A DNA stretch of 64,000 nt from Strigamia acuminata (GCA_949358305.1 OX442314.1:6448001-6512000), one strand, 5' to 3'. Positions 12,583-26,321 are shown, counted from the first letter of the stretch. Numbers and translations are program-made. Notes: generated by a model not told the origin, from the sequence alone.

Positions 12583-14160
12583 GTTGGTAGTTGCAGCCTC
12601 ACTTGCACATTGAAATCCGCACATTGAAATCGAAATCCGTGGGCGCCGTCTAGCGAGCAACTCACTCCGCTGGAGAACGGCACGCGCACCTCGGTAAAGG
12701 GACCCACCTGTGTGCGCCGACTAATCATTGGTCGCCTCGCACTCCTACGTCACCCGGGCAACAGGTGTGCGCCGGTAACACACGTGCAACCAACATCTGG
12801 CCCCGGGCGCTTCCTTACGTTACTCCACTCCACCGGTGGATGGAAAATTAAGACGCGATTTATGCGCATAAATTTGCTGCGGATTCGCGAAATGCGATCT
12901 TTGCTCAAATGATCGTTGCAGAAGCGCTTTTGCCACTCAATTTTGAATTTTGTCAAAATTAACGGTTTTTTTTTTTATTTTTACATTATTAAATTTTTAC
13001 AAAATATATTTATTTGATAAAATTATTGTTTTTTTTTTTTTTTTAATTTTTTAGTTTGAAGAAATTTGGAATTTATTTTATGGTTTAGGGTTGGAAGACT
13101 AATGTTTTAGTACGGGATTTTGCCGCTTCGCGATGGAGCATTGTGGGACTGTGAGTGCTGTGGTGGCGCCATCTATTGAGCCGAATATGAAACTATCTGA
13201 ACGACGGAGAAGATGTTTTGATTTCCATTGAGGATGAATCATCGGGTGCAGACTGTAAAGATTTTTAAAATTGATTTTTAATTTTTAAATTTCTTGTGTT
13301 GGTAATTGTAGTTAATAGTTTTGTCAATGGATGGCGCTGGAAGGTTTTCTGTCAACAGAGAGGATCATGGGATACAACGAAAGGGGAAATGGCGTTGAAA
13401 CAAACAAGACGCAACGGTTGGATTTGGTAATTAATTAATTATACGGTCAATTAACATCGTGCTGCATAATCCGGGGTTGAGATGTTACTTTCAGAGAAAT
13501 AAGAAATGGAATCAATTGAAATCAATTTGCGCCACATGTCATTTACAGTCTGTTCAAGCTGTCTACGCATGCGTGGAATTGAAGCCAGATTCACATGAAA
13601 ACTGACGAGTAATATCTGAAATTGAAATCTTTACTGTTTGTTGTTTTCTGTCTATAATCTATGCCAATCATTAAAATCATTTTTTGTTTATTTACCAGCC
13701 CAAGGAACCTGTGATCGCTCGACACATTTAACTTATGTCGTAGATTGAATGAACTTTCCAATGTCAAAAAGTTTTATTTCATTTTAATTTTTTACAATTA
13801 TCTGAGTAAATGTTTTTCTTTTTTTAACGACAATTATTGCTAAAAATATTTCAAACATCTGAGAGAGTGAAGCAGGGTCTTTACAAACTAGGCGCATTCG
13901 AAAAGTAATTTGCACTAAACGACCAGTGCAACTGATAGTGTAAATGTCAAGTTAAACGACCCACTTTTCGAATGTAAAAATAAATTTCTGTGCAAATTTC
14001 AGTGTAAATTCAAGTGTAAATAAATCAGCCCAAATAATAACCATAGTCAAAATTGTTTACTCTTAAAAAACAGGCGCGTTCAATTTCAACTTGTAAAATT
14101 ATAAAAACTTGGTTATAATTATAAATGTAAGTTTATTTAAATTATTTTTTGTATTATTAC

Positions 14161-14376
14161 CAGGGGCGGATCTAACTTTTCGGGGGCCCGGAGCTTGAGG
14201 TTTTTTCGGGGCCCCTTTCTCAAAATTTTTAATGGCGACCTTTCTTCCTTTTTCTTTTTTTAGCGACCTTTTTTTTATTTTATTTTTTTAGTACATGGCC
14301 TAGAGTCTCGGGGGCCCCCTAGAATTTGGGGGCCCGGGGCTCAAGCCCCAATAGCTGGGTGCTAGATCCGCCACTG
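14161..14376. mobile_element. hAT-type MITE nested in the 13890-14940 element
   Basis: TIR CAG(G/T)GGCGGATCTA; 8-bp TSD ATTATTAC (14153-14160, 14377-14384). Confidence 0.85.
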
Positions 14377-14399
14377 ATTATTACTTATTTAAGAACGGG

Positions 14400-14685
14400 G
14401 AATTGGCCGAACGTCGGCCGAACGTCGGCCGCATTCGATCGCACAAATGCGGCCGAATACTGGCCGCATTCGATCGCATAAATGCGGCCGAATTCTGGCC
14501 GCATTTGATCGCACAAATGTGGCTCAACACCGACCGCATTTGTGCGAACATTGGCCACATTTGTGCGATCGAATGCGGTCGGTGTTCGGCCACATTCGAT
14601 CGCACAAATGCGGCCGAACATCGACCACATTCGATTGCACAAATGAGGCCGAACAATGGCCACATTCGACCTCACAGATGCGGCT
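14400..14685. repeat. GC-rich ~38-bp minisatellite of self-complementary units (TGCGGCCGAA...GGCCGCATTCGATCGCACAAA)
   Basis: Visible tandem units, one of them inverted near 14555-14590. Confidence 0.75.
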
Positions 14686-15571
14686 AATAACTGCTACAAA
14701 ATTGTTCTTACCATTGAAATCGATGGAACCGATCTAACGAAAATCCAAGATGGCTGCCAGCAAGACCCGATTTGAAGGAGAAAACTCGTTGCACGGAGAT
14801 TTTAAACGGAAACGTGGCGTACAGGCCGTTTCCGTTTAACCAGTTTACACGACATTTACACCAATTAATTCGTGTAAATGTCGTGTGAAAACGAGTGTAA
14901 ACACGTTTACACTCGTTTTAATGACTTTTCGAATGCGCCTACTGTGTCTACATTAATATATTTTTACATGTACCGTGCCGCCCCGTTTAATAGCCGGGTT
15001 TCATTAAGGCGCCGGCCCCGTTTTAGCACTGGGCGGTCATTGGCCAAAAAATCTATTGGCGCCGGACCCGTATTAGCGCCGGGTTTCAAATTGGCGCCGG
15101 TTAAACGTTACGTCCAGATAACGTTCTATACGTATTGTACAACCAGTATTTTCGGTTGGTCAGATCTGGTATGTAATAAATTAATATACAGGGTGTTTCG
15201 TTTAAGACGCCCCAGTCAATTTCCAGAATAAGTATATGTTTTTTTAAAAAATTAAGCAGACTAGCCTGTAGCAAAGTAGGGATGACGAATCCAATGGTGT
15301 AATCAAATTTCATGCCAGACATGCAACAATGCATTTTTCATTCGCTAACTCGTTAGCTGGTCGAGATAGAGCAAAATTTCCAAATACAAAGTTGTAGAGC
15401 ACCATCAAATTAGTACTATCCAAATTATCTTAGACACCTTAAGTAAACTGTTTTTTTTTTAAAAAAAAAAAAGGAAAACAAATCAGCAAATTGAAATTTT
15501 TTATTCTTGGAAAATAAAATAATTTAGGCATTAAAAAAATAGTTGTTTTTCTTGTTTACTTGCAATCTAAA

Positions 15572-18139
15572 ACTCCAAAACCCCCTTTTTAGAGCCTTGA
15601 CTTGCAGCGCAGCCTCCCAACTACCCCTTAATGTGTGTTAATATTAATATTATTACCCCTCATTAATTATTCACGTCACAACACTTATTACATTCCAAAC
15701 AGACAAATTGTATATTTTTAATGTATTATTTGGGTATTTAGCATCCAAATCTGATGTAATCTATTTAATTTCCACAAACTAATCAGTTATTTGCATTCTA
15801 ACTAATAAATTATATTTTTAGGAAAACACAAATATTTACTCGTAATTATTTATAGTTTTATTTTTTCATTTTACAACATTTATTTTCACAGGGGATATTT
15901 TAGTGACCATCACAACTTTTGACTTAATATATGCATCATCACTCAACAGTCGCCAATTTACCACTGCTGCAAATTCCCTCTGCTGAATTTACAAAGTAAG
16001 ACGTAATTTTTGCTATCTCTGGACACTGCTCTTGAAGGCAATTGAAGTATGCGGTAAGCTAGATTTTAAAAGTTTAAAAAAGTTTAGAAGTTTTTAAAAG
16101 TTTTAAAAGTTATTGTATAAGTTAATTTACATCTGCTTTTGCTTCGCCAGGAAGAACTTCTTTACAGTTGGACAATTTCGTGTCAAGTGCCTTCCCCTGG
16201 TAAATGTGTGAATAAGTTATCTATCAGCAATTGTTAAACATACATAAAATCTAATACTCACAGTTTGGGTTGAAAAGCTTTGCAAATGTCTTACGAACCT
16301 TTTGTGGTTAATAGTCGTTTTAGTCTGCACATAAAAATGAAAGAAAGTTTGAGACAAATATAAATTATTGAAACCTTGGCTATGTCATACGTTTATGCGC
16401 AATGGGTTATAAAAACAAAAAAAAAACATCGATTGGTTAAGGGCACATTCCTGAAACAATTACATATGTATAATTAAATGATTGTAATAACTTTGTTAAA
16501 TGTATTGTTTTGTACAAATTTGATAAAATTTTAGAGAATTTAGTTTTCAAATCTGATAAAATTTTAGAGAATTTAGATCAAATCTGATAAAATTTTAGAG
16601 AATTTAGATCAAATCTAATAAAATTGTAGAAAATGATAAATTTCTTAAAATTAAATCAAATTTCATTTTTTTTTTAAATTTAAAACTGATAAAAATCGAA
16701 AGTTAACAGCGTATACTGGCATGAAGCTGAAAGTGTACGGCGTACACCCGCGTATACTTTCCACTACAGCACCAGTTACACATCGATTTTGGGCAAATTA
16801 ATGCGCCCTGTGCGCCCCGCTCGATCCAATCTTGAGTCGGCCCTGAGTCACCGGAGATTGCTCACCTGTCTGAGTCACGACAGTTTTAAGGGAATACTGT
16901 TACAACTTAACTAAAAAAGTAGAGGAATTGGAAAAACAGGAAGCGGGCAGATGTGTTAACAACCGCGGTTGTTGGAGTTTGCAATACCCATACAATAAAC
17001 CGAAACTGATGTGACTCAGGCAGGTGCACCATCTAGATTTAGATTCTGTGCAGATTGCGCGGAAACCTTCTCGTAAAAAGTAAAATTCGAATAGAAAATC
17101 AACAATGCAATGATACATAAGCTTATGTACATTTTCACTGCTCCAGTTTCCGCTGTATTTCTCAAAGCATCGCTTGTAGACTGAATAATCCTGCAATATT
17201 TTTAACGATAATTTAGTTGATCATGTTGAAGTGGAAGTAAAGAAATACAACCTTTTCATTTAACTTGTCTGCATCGAAGCAATCCTGAAATAAAATTATA
17301 TATTGATTGTATTAGTTTTACAGTTTAAAAGTTTAAACCACGTTCAGTTTACCTCTGCAGTAATAAATGAGGACACAACAGCAATACATACGAAAATACT
17401 CAGCAACATGTTAGAAAACTGAAAATGAATATAGTTATTTTGTAATTTGAAGGTTAGGATGACTGCAATGTATAAATGCATACAGTGTATAGCTGTATAT
17501 ATATCTTTTTTCTCATACGACCTAATCACCAATCAAAAGTTAACACATTGGAAAATGGGTTGAGCTTCTGATTGAAAAATAAATAAACAATAAATAATTA
17601 ATTAATTAATTTTTATTCTTTATGATATTAGCTATGAAAATTATTTTGAGCTTGTGTTTTAATTGCCAGATGGTGTTTGCAGTATTACTCATCAAAAGCT
17701 GTTTTGGAGGATGGGCTGGGGTGTGGGGGGGGGGGGGGGAGGGGCACATGAACTGGGCCCCCAATGTCAAAGCTTATCAAGTGAGAAAAATTTTAATAAA
17801 TTTTACTAAAATTTCCTCATTGCACGTTTGACACATACAGAATTTGTGTGTTCAAATTGGAACTTAAAGTTTGCTTAAATGAATAAAAATAAGTGAAATA
17901 AATGACTTACTATTGAATGCTCCTAAGGTTAGATAATATGTTTATATTATCTAACAAAGGTAGATTCGTCAGATTAAAAGAAAAAGAATATCTATATTCA
18001 TTTGTAGACCCCGGATATTTATGCAAAATAAAATTGGTTTTATGTGCATAAAATATGCACCAAAAATTCCATTTTATGCAAAATAAAAATAAAATAAAAA
18101 AATAAAAAAATGTATCTGAGTGAAATCAGGTGTTAAATT
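15572..18139. repeat. Left arm of a large inverted duplication; right arm is 19712-20275 plus 48741-50570, split by LTR element A
   Basis: Reverse-complement identity followed along the arm, e.g. 15572 ACTCCAAAACCCCCTTTTTAGAGCC matches 50546-50570; the 17521-17570 junction is restored by removing element A. Confidence 0.9.
15939..17409 (-). CDS. Putative small multi-exon secreted Cys-rich protein (exon structure tentative)
   Basis: Signal-peptide-like exon MLLSIFVCIAVVSSFITAE|gt, then AG/GT-bounded short exons DCFDADKLNEK, DYSVYKRCFEKY..., GKALDTKLSNCKEVLPGEAKAD and LTAYFNCLQEQCPEIAKITSYFVNSAEGICSSGKLATVE*. Confidence 0.45.
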
Positions 18140-20275
18140 ATATCTTATGCCATTTCCAAGTGTTCTTAATGTAAATGAATTATAATTAGTAATTACAATT
18201 TATTTTTTTCTATTTTTTTAAAATTTTTTTATTTGTTTATTTCTGAAAAATTTTTCTAGACACTAATTTAGTGATTCCCCTGGTGTCTGTTATTGGCAAA
18301 GTCCTCAGTTTTCCGAACACAAAGCATATGTACACGATACAAGTAAAACAAAACAAGTAAAAAAAAAGCTACGTTTTTGAAAAAGGCTTTTATGCTGTAT
18401 CCCTGCGAAATTGGAATCCAGAATAAAAATTTGGCAATTGACAGATCGTTTTTTAGCAAATAAAAAAAACTAAAGTTTAGATCAAAAAATTGTTGTCACC
18501 CTTTGAAAGAGCGTCAAATTCTGCACAGGAAACATATTTTAAATATTCTAATCGGTTCATTTTTCATATTTTTGGTTTTTTTATGGTTGAATTCAAATTT
18601 CCCACTAAATTTGCCATGCGGTCGCTGGCTACAATCGTAAAAAAACGTACTTTTTCTTTACCAAATCAAAAGAAAAAATATACAGGCTCGTGCAGAATGC
18701 AATTTCGAATCGAATAAGCCTGGTTTCAGAATTTTTAAATCCCTTTTTAGTACTGAAAGCATCAAAATTTGTATCGAGCGAACATGAAAAATACAACAGG
18801 ACTTTATACGATGTATTTTTATACATAGTTATCAAATTTTCGGTCAAAAATTTGATAACTACAACAATTACGTTGATTTTAAGGGATTGCCCTTTGCGCT
18901 TCACTGCCTTGCTTCAAAATCAGGGAAACAACAAAATTCTGCCGATGACGTCATTTAAGGTGTATCCACCGATGACGTCATTTAAGGTGTATCCACCAAT
19001 GACAGTGTTTGGAATGACATCAGTATGACGTAACACAGAAATAAAAACATACAATTGTTGAAAAAATGTACATAAAACCTAATACTAAGACTTGGAAGTA
19101 CATTTTGTGATTGATTTGAAGAAAATTAAATATTAAAAACCAACAAATTGAAAAAAAAATGTCAATTTTTTTTTTAAAAAAGCTATTTAAAAAATTTAAA
19201 ATCACTCTATTATACAGTCTTAAATTTTCTGAAGATTACAGAAGCCCGACTTCATCAATCACACAAAAAATTACACGATTCCTTTTCATTTTTTAATTGC
19301 AATATCGAATTTTTTGGTTTTTTCTGTATGCAGCTATTGAAATCTGTTCTGCCGATGACGTCATTTCCGGTTTTGGTGTTTTTTATGAGGGGGGCGTGGC
19401 TTCGCATTATTAACTCGCATTTTTAATAAAACTAACAATGTTTAGAAACATATATTTGTTGGAAACAATTTATTAAACAATCTACATTCATTTTTTACAG
19501 TTTAAAAAAAAATTTTTTTTTATGTTGCAACTCCTTTAAAAAACACGGGTTCCGCCAGGTGGCGCTCCGATATGCTTACAGTTTGCCGTAAATTCGTTTA
19601 ATTCGTTTAATTCGTTTAATTCGTACTTCCAGTCCACAGCGCTTAAAAATAAATCTTTTTTTTATTTTTTTTTATTATAATGTATGGAATGACCTGTTCT
19701 AGGGCTTGACGAATTTAACACCTGATTTCACTCAGATGAATTTTTTTATTTTTTTATTTTTATTTTTATTTTGCATAAAATGGAATTTTTGGTGCATATT
19801 TCATGCACATAAAACGAATTTTATTTTGCATAAATATCCGGGGTCTACAAATGAATGTAGATATTCTTTTTCTTTTAATCTGGCAAATCTACCTTTGTTA
19901 GATAATATAAACATATTACCGTATCTAACCTTAGGAGCATTCAATAGTAAGTCATTTATTTCACTTATTTTTATTCATTTAAGCAAACTTTAAGTTCCAA
20001 TTTGAACACACAAATTGTGTATGTGTCAAACGTGCAATGAGGAAAATTTTAGTAAAATTTATTAAAATTTTTCTCACTTGATTAGCTTTGACATTGGGGG
20101 CCCCCACCCTCCAAAACAGCTTTTGATGAGTAATACTGCAAACACCATCTGGAAATTATAACACGAGCTAAAAATAATTTTCATAGCTAATATCATAAAA
20201 AATAAAAACTAATTAATTAATTATTTATTTTTTATTTATTTTTCAATAAGAAGCTCAACCCATTTTCCAATGTGT

Positions 20276-21877
20276 TGTTGCGAATCTGGGAATTTATTCA
20301 CGAAATGCTTACCTGCTCGTGAATATCTCGCAATTGAGATGCCGTTTATAGGACTTAGACTCTAGTGCCTGTAAAAATGGTGTCTAGGGGTATTCTTAGT
20401 GAAATGAAAACAGCAGTTTGAGTTGAATAAAAATGACAAATGAATTTTATTCGGTGAATTTACAAGTAATTTCAAAGAAATATATTAAATTAAGGAAAAC
20501 AGGTATTAATGACTAAAATTAAGAGTTAGTAAACTAGAAAAATAGGAGAGGAAACGAGTGAGCGACGAGACTCACTTGAAACAAAGGGAAAAGGCGCCAA
20601 CAACGACGGTTAATCGTTGAGCGCGAATATTTGGCTCCGATATGCTTACAGTTTACCGTAAATTCGTTTAATTCGTTTAATTCGTTTAATTCGTACTTCC
20701 AGTCCACAGCGCTTAAAAATGAATCTTTTTTTTATTTTTTTTATTATAATGTATGGAATGACCTGTTCTAGGGCTTGACGAATTTAACACCTGATTTCAC
20801 TCAGATGAATTTTTTTATTTTTTTATTTTTATTTTTATTTTGCATAAAATGGAATTTTTGGTGCATATTTCATGCACATAAAACGGTTGTTTGTTGCGCT
20901 CGGAAAATGGCGAGACGGACTCGCCTGAGAAATTATTCTCGTTCGTAAGCTGCTTCGTATCTGTAAACTCCAGAGAAAGCTCGCGGTGGCTTACAGATAA
21001 TCGGCGACGGTTCGCAACGAGAAGTTTGCCGGTGACGACGACGATGATGAGAGTACCAGAGTAAACTCGATGGCGCTCTCACAATATTCGGCAGCGGGCG
21101 GAAATAAATTCCTTCGCTCGTTTGATGGCGATGAACAGTGAACTCCGGAGGAAAGCTCGCAGGTGGTTCACTGTTGTCTCACGATGGTTGACGGCGACGG
21201 TTTGCTCGTATCAACGATGGCAAAGTCTCGGATGAAATCAACGAGACCCGATGATGGCTGACGGTGAGCGGATATTTTCTCGGGCGTTACCCGAGATTCG
21301 TAATCTGAGCGCAAATGTGGCTGGTTCCACCGAAAATATTCAGTGGAAACAGCAGAGTCTTGACTCACCAAAACGGTCAGCACTAGAATCCTTGTATTTG
21401 AAGTTCGTAGCAATGATCATTTGTGTTGTTGTTGTTGGTGTGTATGTGTCAAGAGTGGGCCAAACCGCCAAAATTTGGTGTTTTATGCACTCTCGAAATC
21501 TGCGCACCAAATATGTGCAGATTGCTAATTTTGGCACAACAAAGGGATTTTTGCTGCGCCAAAACCGTTAGTATTACATCATAACCGTTGGCTATGGGAA
21601 GGGTGGAGTGTGTGTTGGCACACTTCAAACATGCGCGGGGATGCTGCGCGGACAGCATAATTTAGTGAAACAAAGCATTTTGCTTCACTAAGCGGTTAAT
21701 TAACGCCTCACCCCACTCAATATTGGGGTGAACTATGCTAGGGGAGGTTTTTCTCCCTTCGTTATGTAATTCTGAAAACGAATAAAACAATACAAAAAAA
21801 TTTCAACCTTTTCCGTGGTGACGTTTTTACTAAATAAAGACACTAAAATCATATAAAAACGACTCAGGGTCACCACA
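20276..21877 (-). repeat. 3' LTR of element A (carries a 245-bp templated insert)
   Basis: TG...CA termini; matches 47344-48736; PPT AAAGGAGGGAAA adjoins on the minus strand. Confidence 0.9.
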
Positions 21878-21909
21878 TTTCCCTCCTTTTTATTTAAATC
21901 CCATAAGAT

Positions 21910-24886
21910 TTACAAAAACGAATAATAAAAAGAATGAATAATGGAATAAAAACACAAATAAAAGAACATGAAACGTCTTGTTCTTCTTGTTCCCGCGATT
22001 AATGCTTGGGTCGGGGTCGTCGAACTTGCGCCCGACTGTTGCGCCTTCTTCAAGGCGCCGAGCGATACTGCGGTAGTTGCTCGAGTGGCAGGCGGAGGAG
22101 GAGCTCTCGCTGGTTGAGCTTTGGCACGTTCTTGTTGTGGAGTGGGCATGTAGGCCCACTCTCGTCGCAGACGAATTCCTGCGTCGTAGGGCCTTTCCCC
22201 ACGTGCCAATATCTGGCGCACCAATTCAGACCGGACCGCGGGTGGGTCCAGTCGGATCGAGTACCAAGCGTCCAGGTACTCTGGGGCTAAGCCCATCGGC
22301 GCTGACCACTGTGACGGTCATGACGTCATATTTAGTCCCAAGTTCACCGATAGATGGCGCTATTTCCCATTTCGGCGGGAAATTCGAATATACTTATTAT
22401 TTATGTGATGTTTATATAAAATTAAAGGTTTTATATAAATCCACGGTATTCCTAGATATTATATCATACTAGTATGATATATTTGAGTCTTTATTCCTCC
22501 AGTTGTGTTATGATTTGGACAAATTATAACAACACCTGGGCAAAAGGATTAAGTCACCCCTCACCACCCACAGTGTTTGAAGATACACTTTGAATTAAGA
22601 CAATAGCCTTAATTGCAAATGTGTCCTCCGTATCCACTTCCTGGGACAGACTTTGTAGAAGACTATGTCCCCTGTATCCACTTCCTATTTACTAGGATTG
22701 GACAGTTTGGAGTGACCAGTGTTCCTATTGGAGCAATGGCCACTCATTCTTCTCTCTGAGTATATAACCCGGTGTAAACCGAAAATAGCTCGCTCTTGTT
22801 TTTGTTTTTCTGTTTGATACTTACTTGAGCCCATATTCTACGCTTCGCTTCGCTTCGCTTCATGCCAACATTCCGTTGTAGGGGCACGTGCATTAAATTC
22901 TGTGCTCAACCCTTTTCCCGTACTTCATGCCAACATTCCGTTGTAGGGGCACGTGCAGTAAAATGCCGTGCTCAATTCCTTTTCCAACGAGACATTAGGG
23001 TCAAACCTAGTGTTGGATTGACGTGAGCGCCATTGATTCAATTCTGGGCTGGTTGTACTTTGGTGCAACAGAATCGACAGGGTCTTTTCATAATCGTTTT
23101 ATTTATACAGGTTTTAGTTATGTTTGGTTATTAGATTATTTGTAATTTAATAATTCAATTCATACCTTTGTTTGTTTGGATTTATTCGTAAATTCAACAT
23201 GATTTTCGAAGTCTAACTTTGAGTAACTTATATTTATGGTTATTTTGATAATCATAAACAGACCAATTGATAAATATCTACGAATAGATATTTAAACCAA
23301 TGGTCACCCAAAGTTGTGACGATGCGGCAAAGTCAACCGCACTTCTCGGATAATTTAGTTACACAGAACCAACCGAAGCAGACGACAATCAGTCCGATTG
23401 CAGACGACACCTTTTACGCCCGAAATAAGAACTTTACACACTCTTATTTCAAGGCTGAACACAACTGTTAGCGTTACTTTAGGGCTTTTGAGCCACTCGT
23501 TTGTATAGCTAGTTACACTCATATTTTACTGGCCATTTTGTCGGCCATAGTTATTATATAACTTATTTTTGACTTGAATAAATGTTCTATGTTTTGAGAA
23601 ACATAAACGCTTCATTCTTTGCACTTTACTACACTCTGCAGTTTCACTTGTCCTTTTAGCATTAATTCCTATCCCGGGTAGTCATCGTCACACCACAAGT
23701 ACGAGGCCGCGGCCAAAGCTTGTCGGTGCGACTCGAAAACGCCAGGAAATAATAATCTGGTTAGTCCGGAGACTAATTCACGTTGTAACGGATTTAGCCT
23801 ACGATGGTTGACATCCGTAATCCCCAAGTGGCTGAGCTTTCCCGCCACTCGTTGCCAACTCTTGATGGCTTCGGCAATCTGAGTGTTCTGGTAGGACTCT
23901 AGCTCAAGAAGTATTTGCATTTGTATTTGACTGGAATACTTCTCGCATTGATTCCAGTGCGTCCGAAAAAACTCGTCAAAGTACGGATCCGGTTCCATAC
24001 TTCGAAATTCTCCTTTCGGACGATTAGTGTGTTCCGGGATGGGCACACCAAACTTGGCAGCGGTGCTGCCGATCACTCTGCGCATCGCGTTGGGAGGGAT
24101 CGGAGTTTCCGGAAGGTATTCCATTTGCTTCACTTCAGCTTGGTAGTCTCCCATCGACAGGTCGGAGTCTGACGAGGGTGCCGGCGAACAACCTTTCTCA
24201 GGTGCGGGTGGCGTTGGGCAGCACAGTGACTCGTTGGACCAGTCTCCACGACACATTGACAGTGCGTTCGCCTCCCATTCGTCGATTTTGTCAGGCATTG
24301 GCTTATCGGCCGGTTCTTGCTTCGGCGGAGGTCGTGCCAACGGAGCTTCGGGTTGGCTGGCCTCGTGGAGTGATGGTGTGGACGAATCGGACTGATAAAT
24401 TTCGTCCAAGTCCTGTTCGGTCGTTTCGTCGCTGGATGCGGACTAGTCTTGTTTAGGGACTGGAGTTTCCTCTTTAGGAACAGGCCGGCGCTGCAATGGC
24501 ATTCCTAATTTCTCTTCAAAAAAAAGAAGTTCCTCTTGAGCCTCCTGCTCTTCGATGAGTCGCTGTTCCACGATGGCTCGAGCGACTGCTCTTTTCAACT
24601 TTTGGGACGTGGAGCGACTTGCGGTGGTCACGGCCGGGTCGTCCATGTCAATCGAGTCCGGGTGGAAAGGCGACGGGACCTCGATTACTTCTTCTCCGTA
24701 AAACGGAAGGGATTCGTGGGCCTCGTGCTCCTCGGCAAGTTGACGTTTTGGGGCGACTTGAGCTGCTATTTGAGCGGCCGCTTTCCGCGCCCTTGGCGAT
24801 GTGAAGTGACCCAAAGTGGTGATCACTTGTTTGCCCAACGCGATATGAGTTAAAATATCGGATGGTGATTCCTGACTTTGTTCAGC
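21910..24886 (-). pseudogene. Element A 3' accessory gene, ~530 codons once solo LTR E is removed; one in-frame TAG; unknown function
   Basis: 24886-23693 joins 22305-21910 in frame (AASYLW|SAPMGLAPEY); TAG at 24443-24445 is in frame; acceptor TTTTTATTCGCCAG ends at 24887; candidate donor ATG|GTAAAT at 25182/25181. Confidence 0.7.
22310..23692 (+). mobile_element. Solo LTR E
   Basis: TGTGACGG...TCGTCACA termini, 4-bp TSD CCAC (22306-22309, 23693-23696), TATA-like box near 22761 and AATAAA near 23577; removal restores the host ORF. Confidence 0.88.
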
Positions 24887-25607
24887 CTGGCGAATAAAAA
24901 TAATTACTAATTATGTTTGTAAAAACAATTATTTAAAAATAAATTGATTTAAGTTCGTCAAAACTTAGTTTTTTGTTGCTATTTTTTATACTAGCTCACC
25001 TACGAGTTGTCACGGCAACTCCCTCTTTCATGTTCAGAGTCGCGATCACGTGACTCGCGTCATCTTGCTAATTATAGCAATCAGTGCAATTTTCGACGTG
25101 AAATTCAAATTTCTTTGAATTCTCCGTGAAATATGCACTGAGTTTATAATATAAATAAAAAGTTTAGTTCAAATTATTTACCATTGTCAGATTTCGGGAC
25201 TTGATGCCTGTCAAGCGTCCCTTTCCTGCTTCGCATTGGTTAGACATCAAAACTTGTCCGTTTTCTGTGGAAATTGAAATTTTCTTTCATAGAAAGAAAG
25301 AAAACAATGAGAATGAATAATTGAAAGCAACTTTCATTCAGAAAAAACTACTTACAGTAAGTTTTTCTTTGTAATGATCGGGACGCAAGTTGAATACTTG
25401 TTGGCTTGATCACGCTACTTCGAAAAGTGGAATAATCCAATCTCCGGAGTAGAAGAATTATGTTAGTGATATGAAATGTTGTCACTAATTATCACCGTTT
25501 GGTTAACGTTTATTAGGTGATGACCGATCAACTCTGCATCACAGAGATGATTTTTGAGTTGGGTAAGCTCAAAGGATGGAATACAAAGTTCACTCTCGAT
25601 TTGAGGA

Positions 25608-26321
25608 TTAAACTTTGATTTTTGAAAAATAAACAAACTTGTACAAACTATCGGGTGAGTTGTTTAGTTTATTTTTTAATGTTTTCATTGCTAAAAACAT
25701 TTTCTTCTTTTTTATGACCATGTCTCTAAGTCGACACGACATCGGCGTGATCTCCGTGTGAAATTCTACATCTTTGTTGATTTCAGCTTTTACCGGAAAC
25801 TCGGATATTTTTGCGCCGTTTGTCGTAATTATGATTTTGTCGGGTTCTCGACCGACTTTTTTTTGTTTTTGTATCTTGAAAAGTGGAGGAGGATTATTGT
25901 TAAAAGTTTCAACTATCCTGCTTTCACTTCGTTGTAAATTTTTTGAAGTTTTAATAAAAGACTTCCTTTGTATTTTATCTAGTAATTTGTCGGTCACTAG
26001 CGTCGTTAAATTAATTAATTTAATAAAATCTTTGATTCCTTGAACATCTGAAATCAGAGGTGGTCTGTAATTTAAATTTTTCTTCATCAAAATTTCAACG
26101 ATGGAAGAGGTTTGTTTAGCCAATCTTTTGAGAATTAACTTTTCAAATTTAGCTATTTTAGAGGGTGTTTTTACACTTGTCCAATTGATTTTTAAGGAAT
26201 TCAAACTTTTTAATTCCTTCGTGATTCCTTCCATCATTTTCAGATTTTGTTTCAGATTTTCCGATTCTTTAGAAAACGCAGTATTCACTAGACCGGGTGA
26301 ATCTGCGTCTATAAGTTTTTT
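25608..26321 (-). CDS. Element A ORF2, reached by -1 frameshift from gag; Lys-rich, no pol motifs
   Basis: Slippery A_AAA_AAC at 26321-26315 just before the gag stop; the -1 frame is open into ORF 25608-26288. Confidence 0.6.
   Translation of the reverse strand, partial: KKLIDADSPGLVNTAFSKESENLKQNLKMMEGITKELKSLNSLKINWTSVKTPSKIAKFEKLILKRLAKQTSSIVEILMKKNLNYRPPLISDVQGIKDFIKLINLTTLVTDKLLDKIQRKSFIKTSKNLQRSESRIVETFNNNPPPLFKIQKQKKVGREPDKIIITTNGAKISEFPVKAEINKDVEFHTEITPMSCRLRDMVIKKKKMFLAMKTLKNKLNNSPDSLYKFVYFSKIKV

Larger units (their letters stand above)
13890..14940. mobile_element. Non-autonomous TIR element, probably PIF/Harbinger-type
   Basis: 17-bp TIR AGGCGCATTCGAAAAGT...ACTTTTCGAATGCGCCT with 3-bp TSD ACT (13887-13889, 14941-14943); a TA-TSD reading is also possible. 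Confidence 0.7.

Noticed and set aside
14381..14737. Overlapping repetitive ORFs and CRISPR-like periodicity
   Set aside because: Minisatellite without unique spacers, in a eukaryotic context with no cas genes.
14970..15570. TACCGT and TACAGGGTG Tc1/pogo-like end fragments
   Set aside because: Matching opposite TIRs were not found, so boundaries are unsupported.
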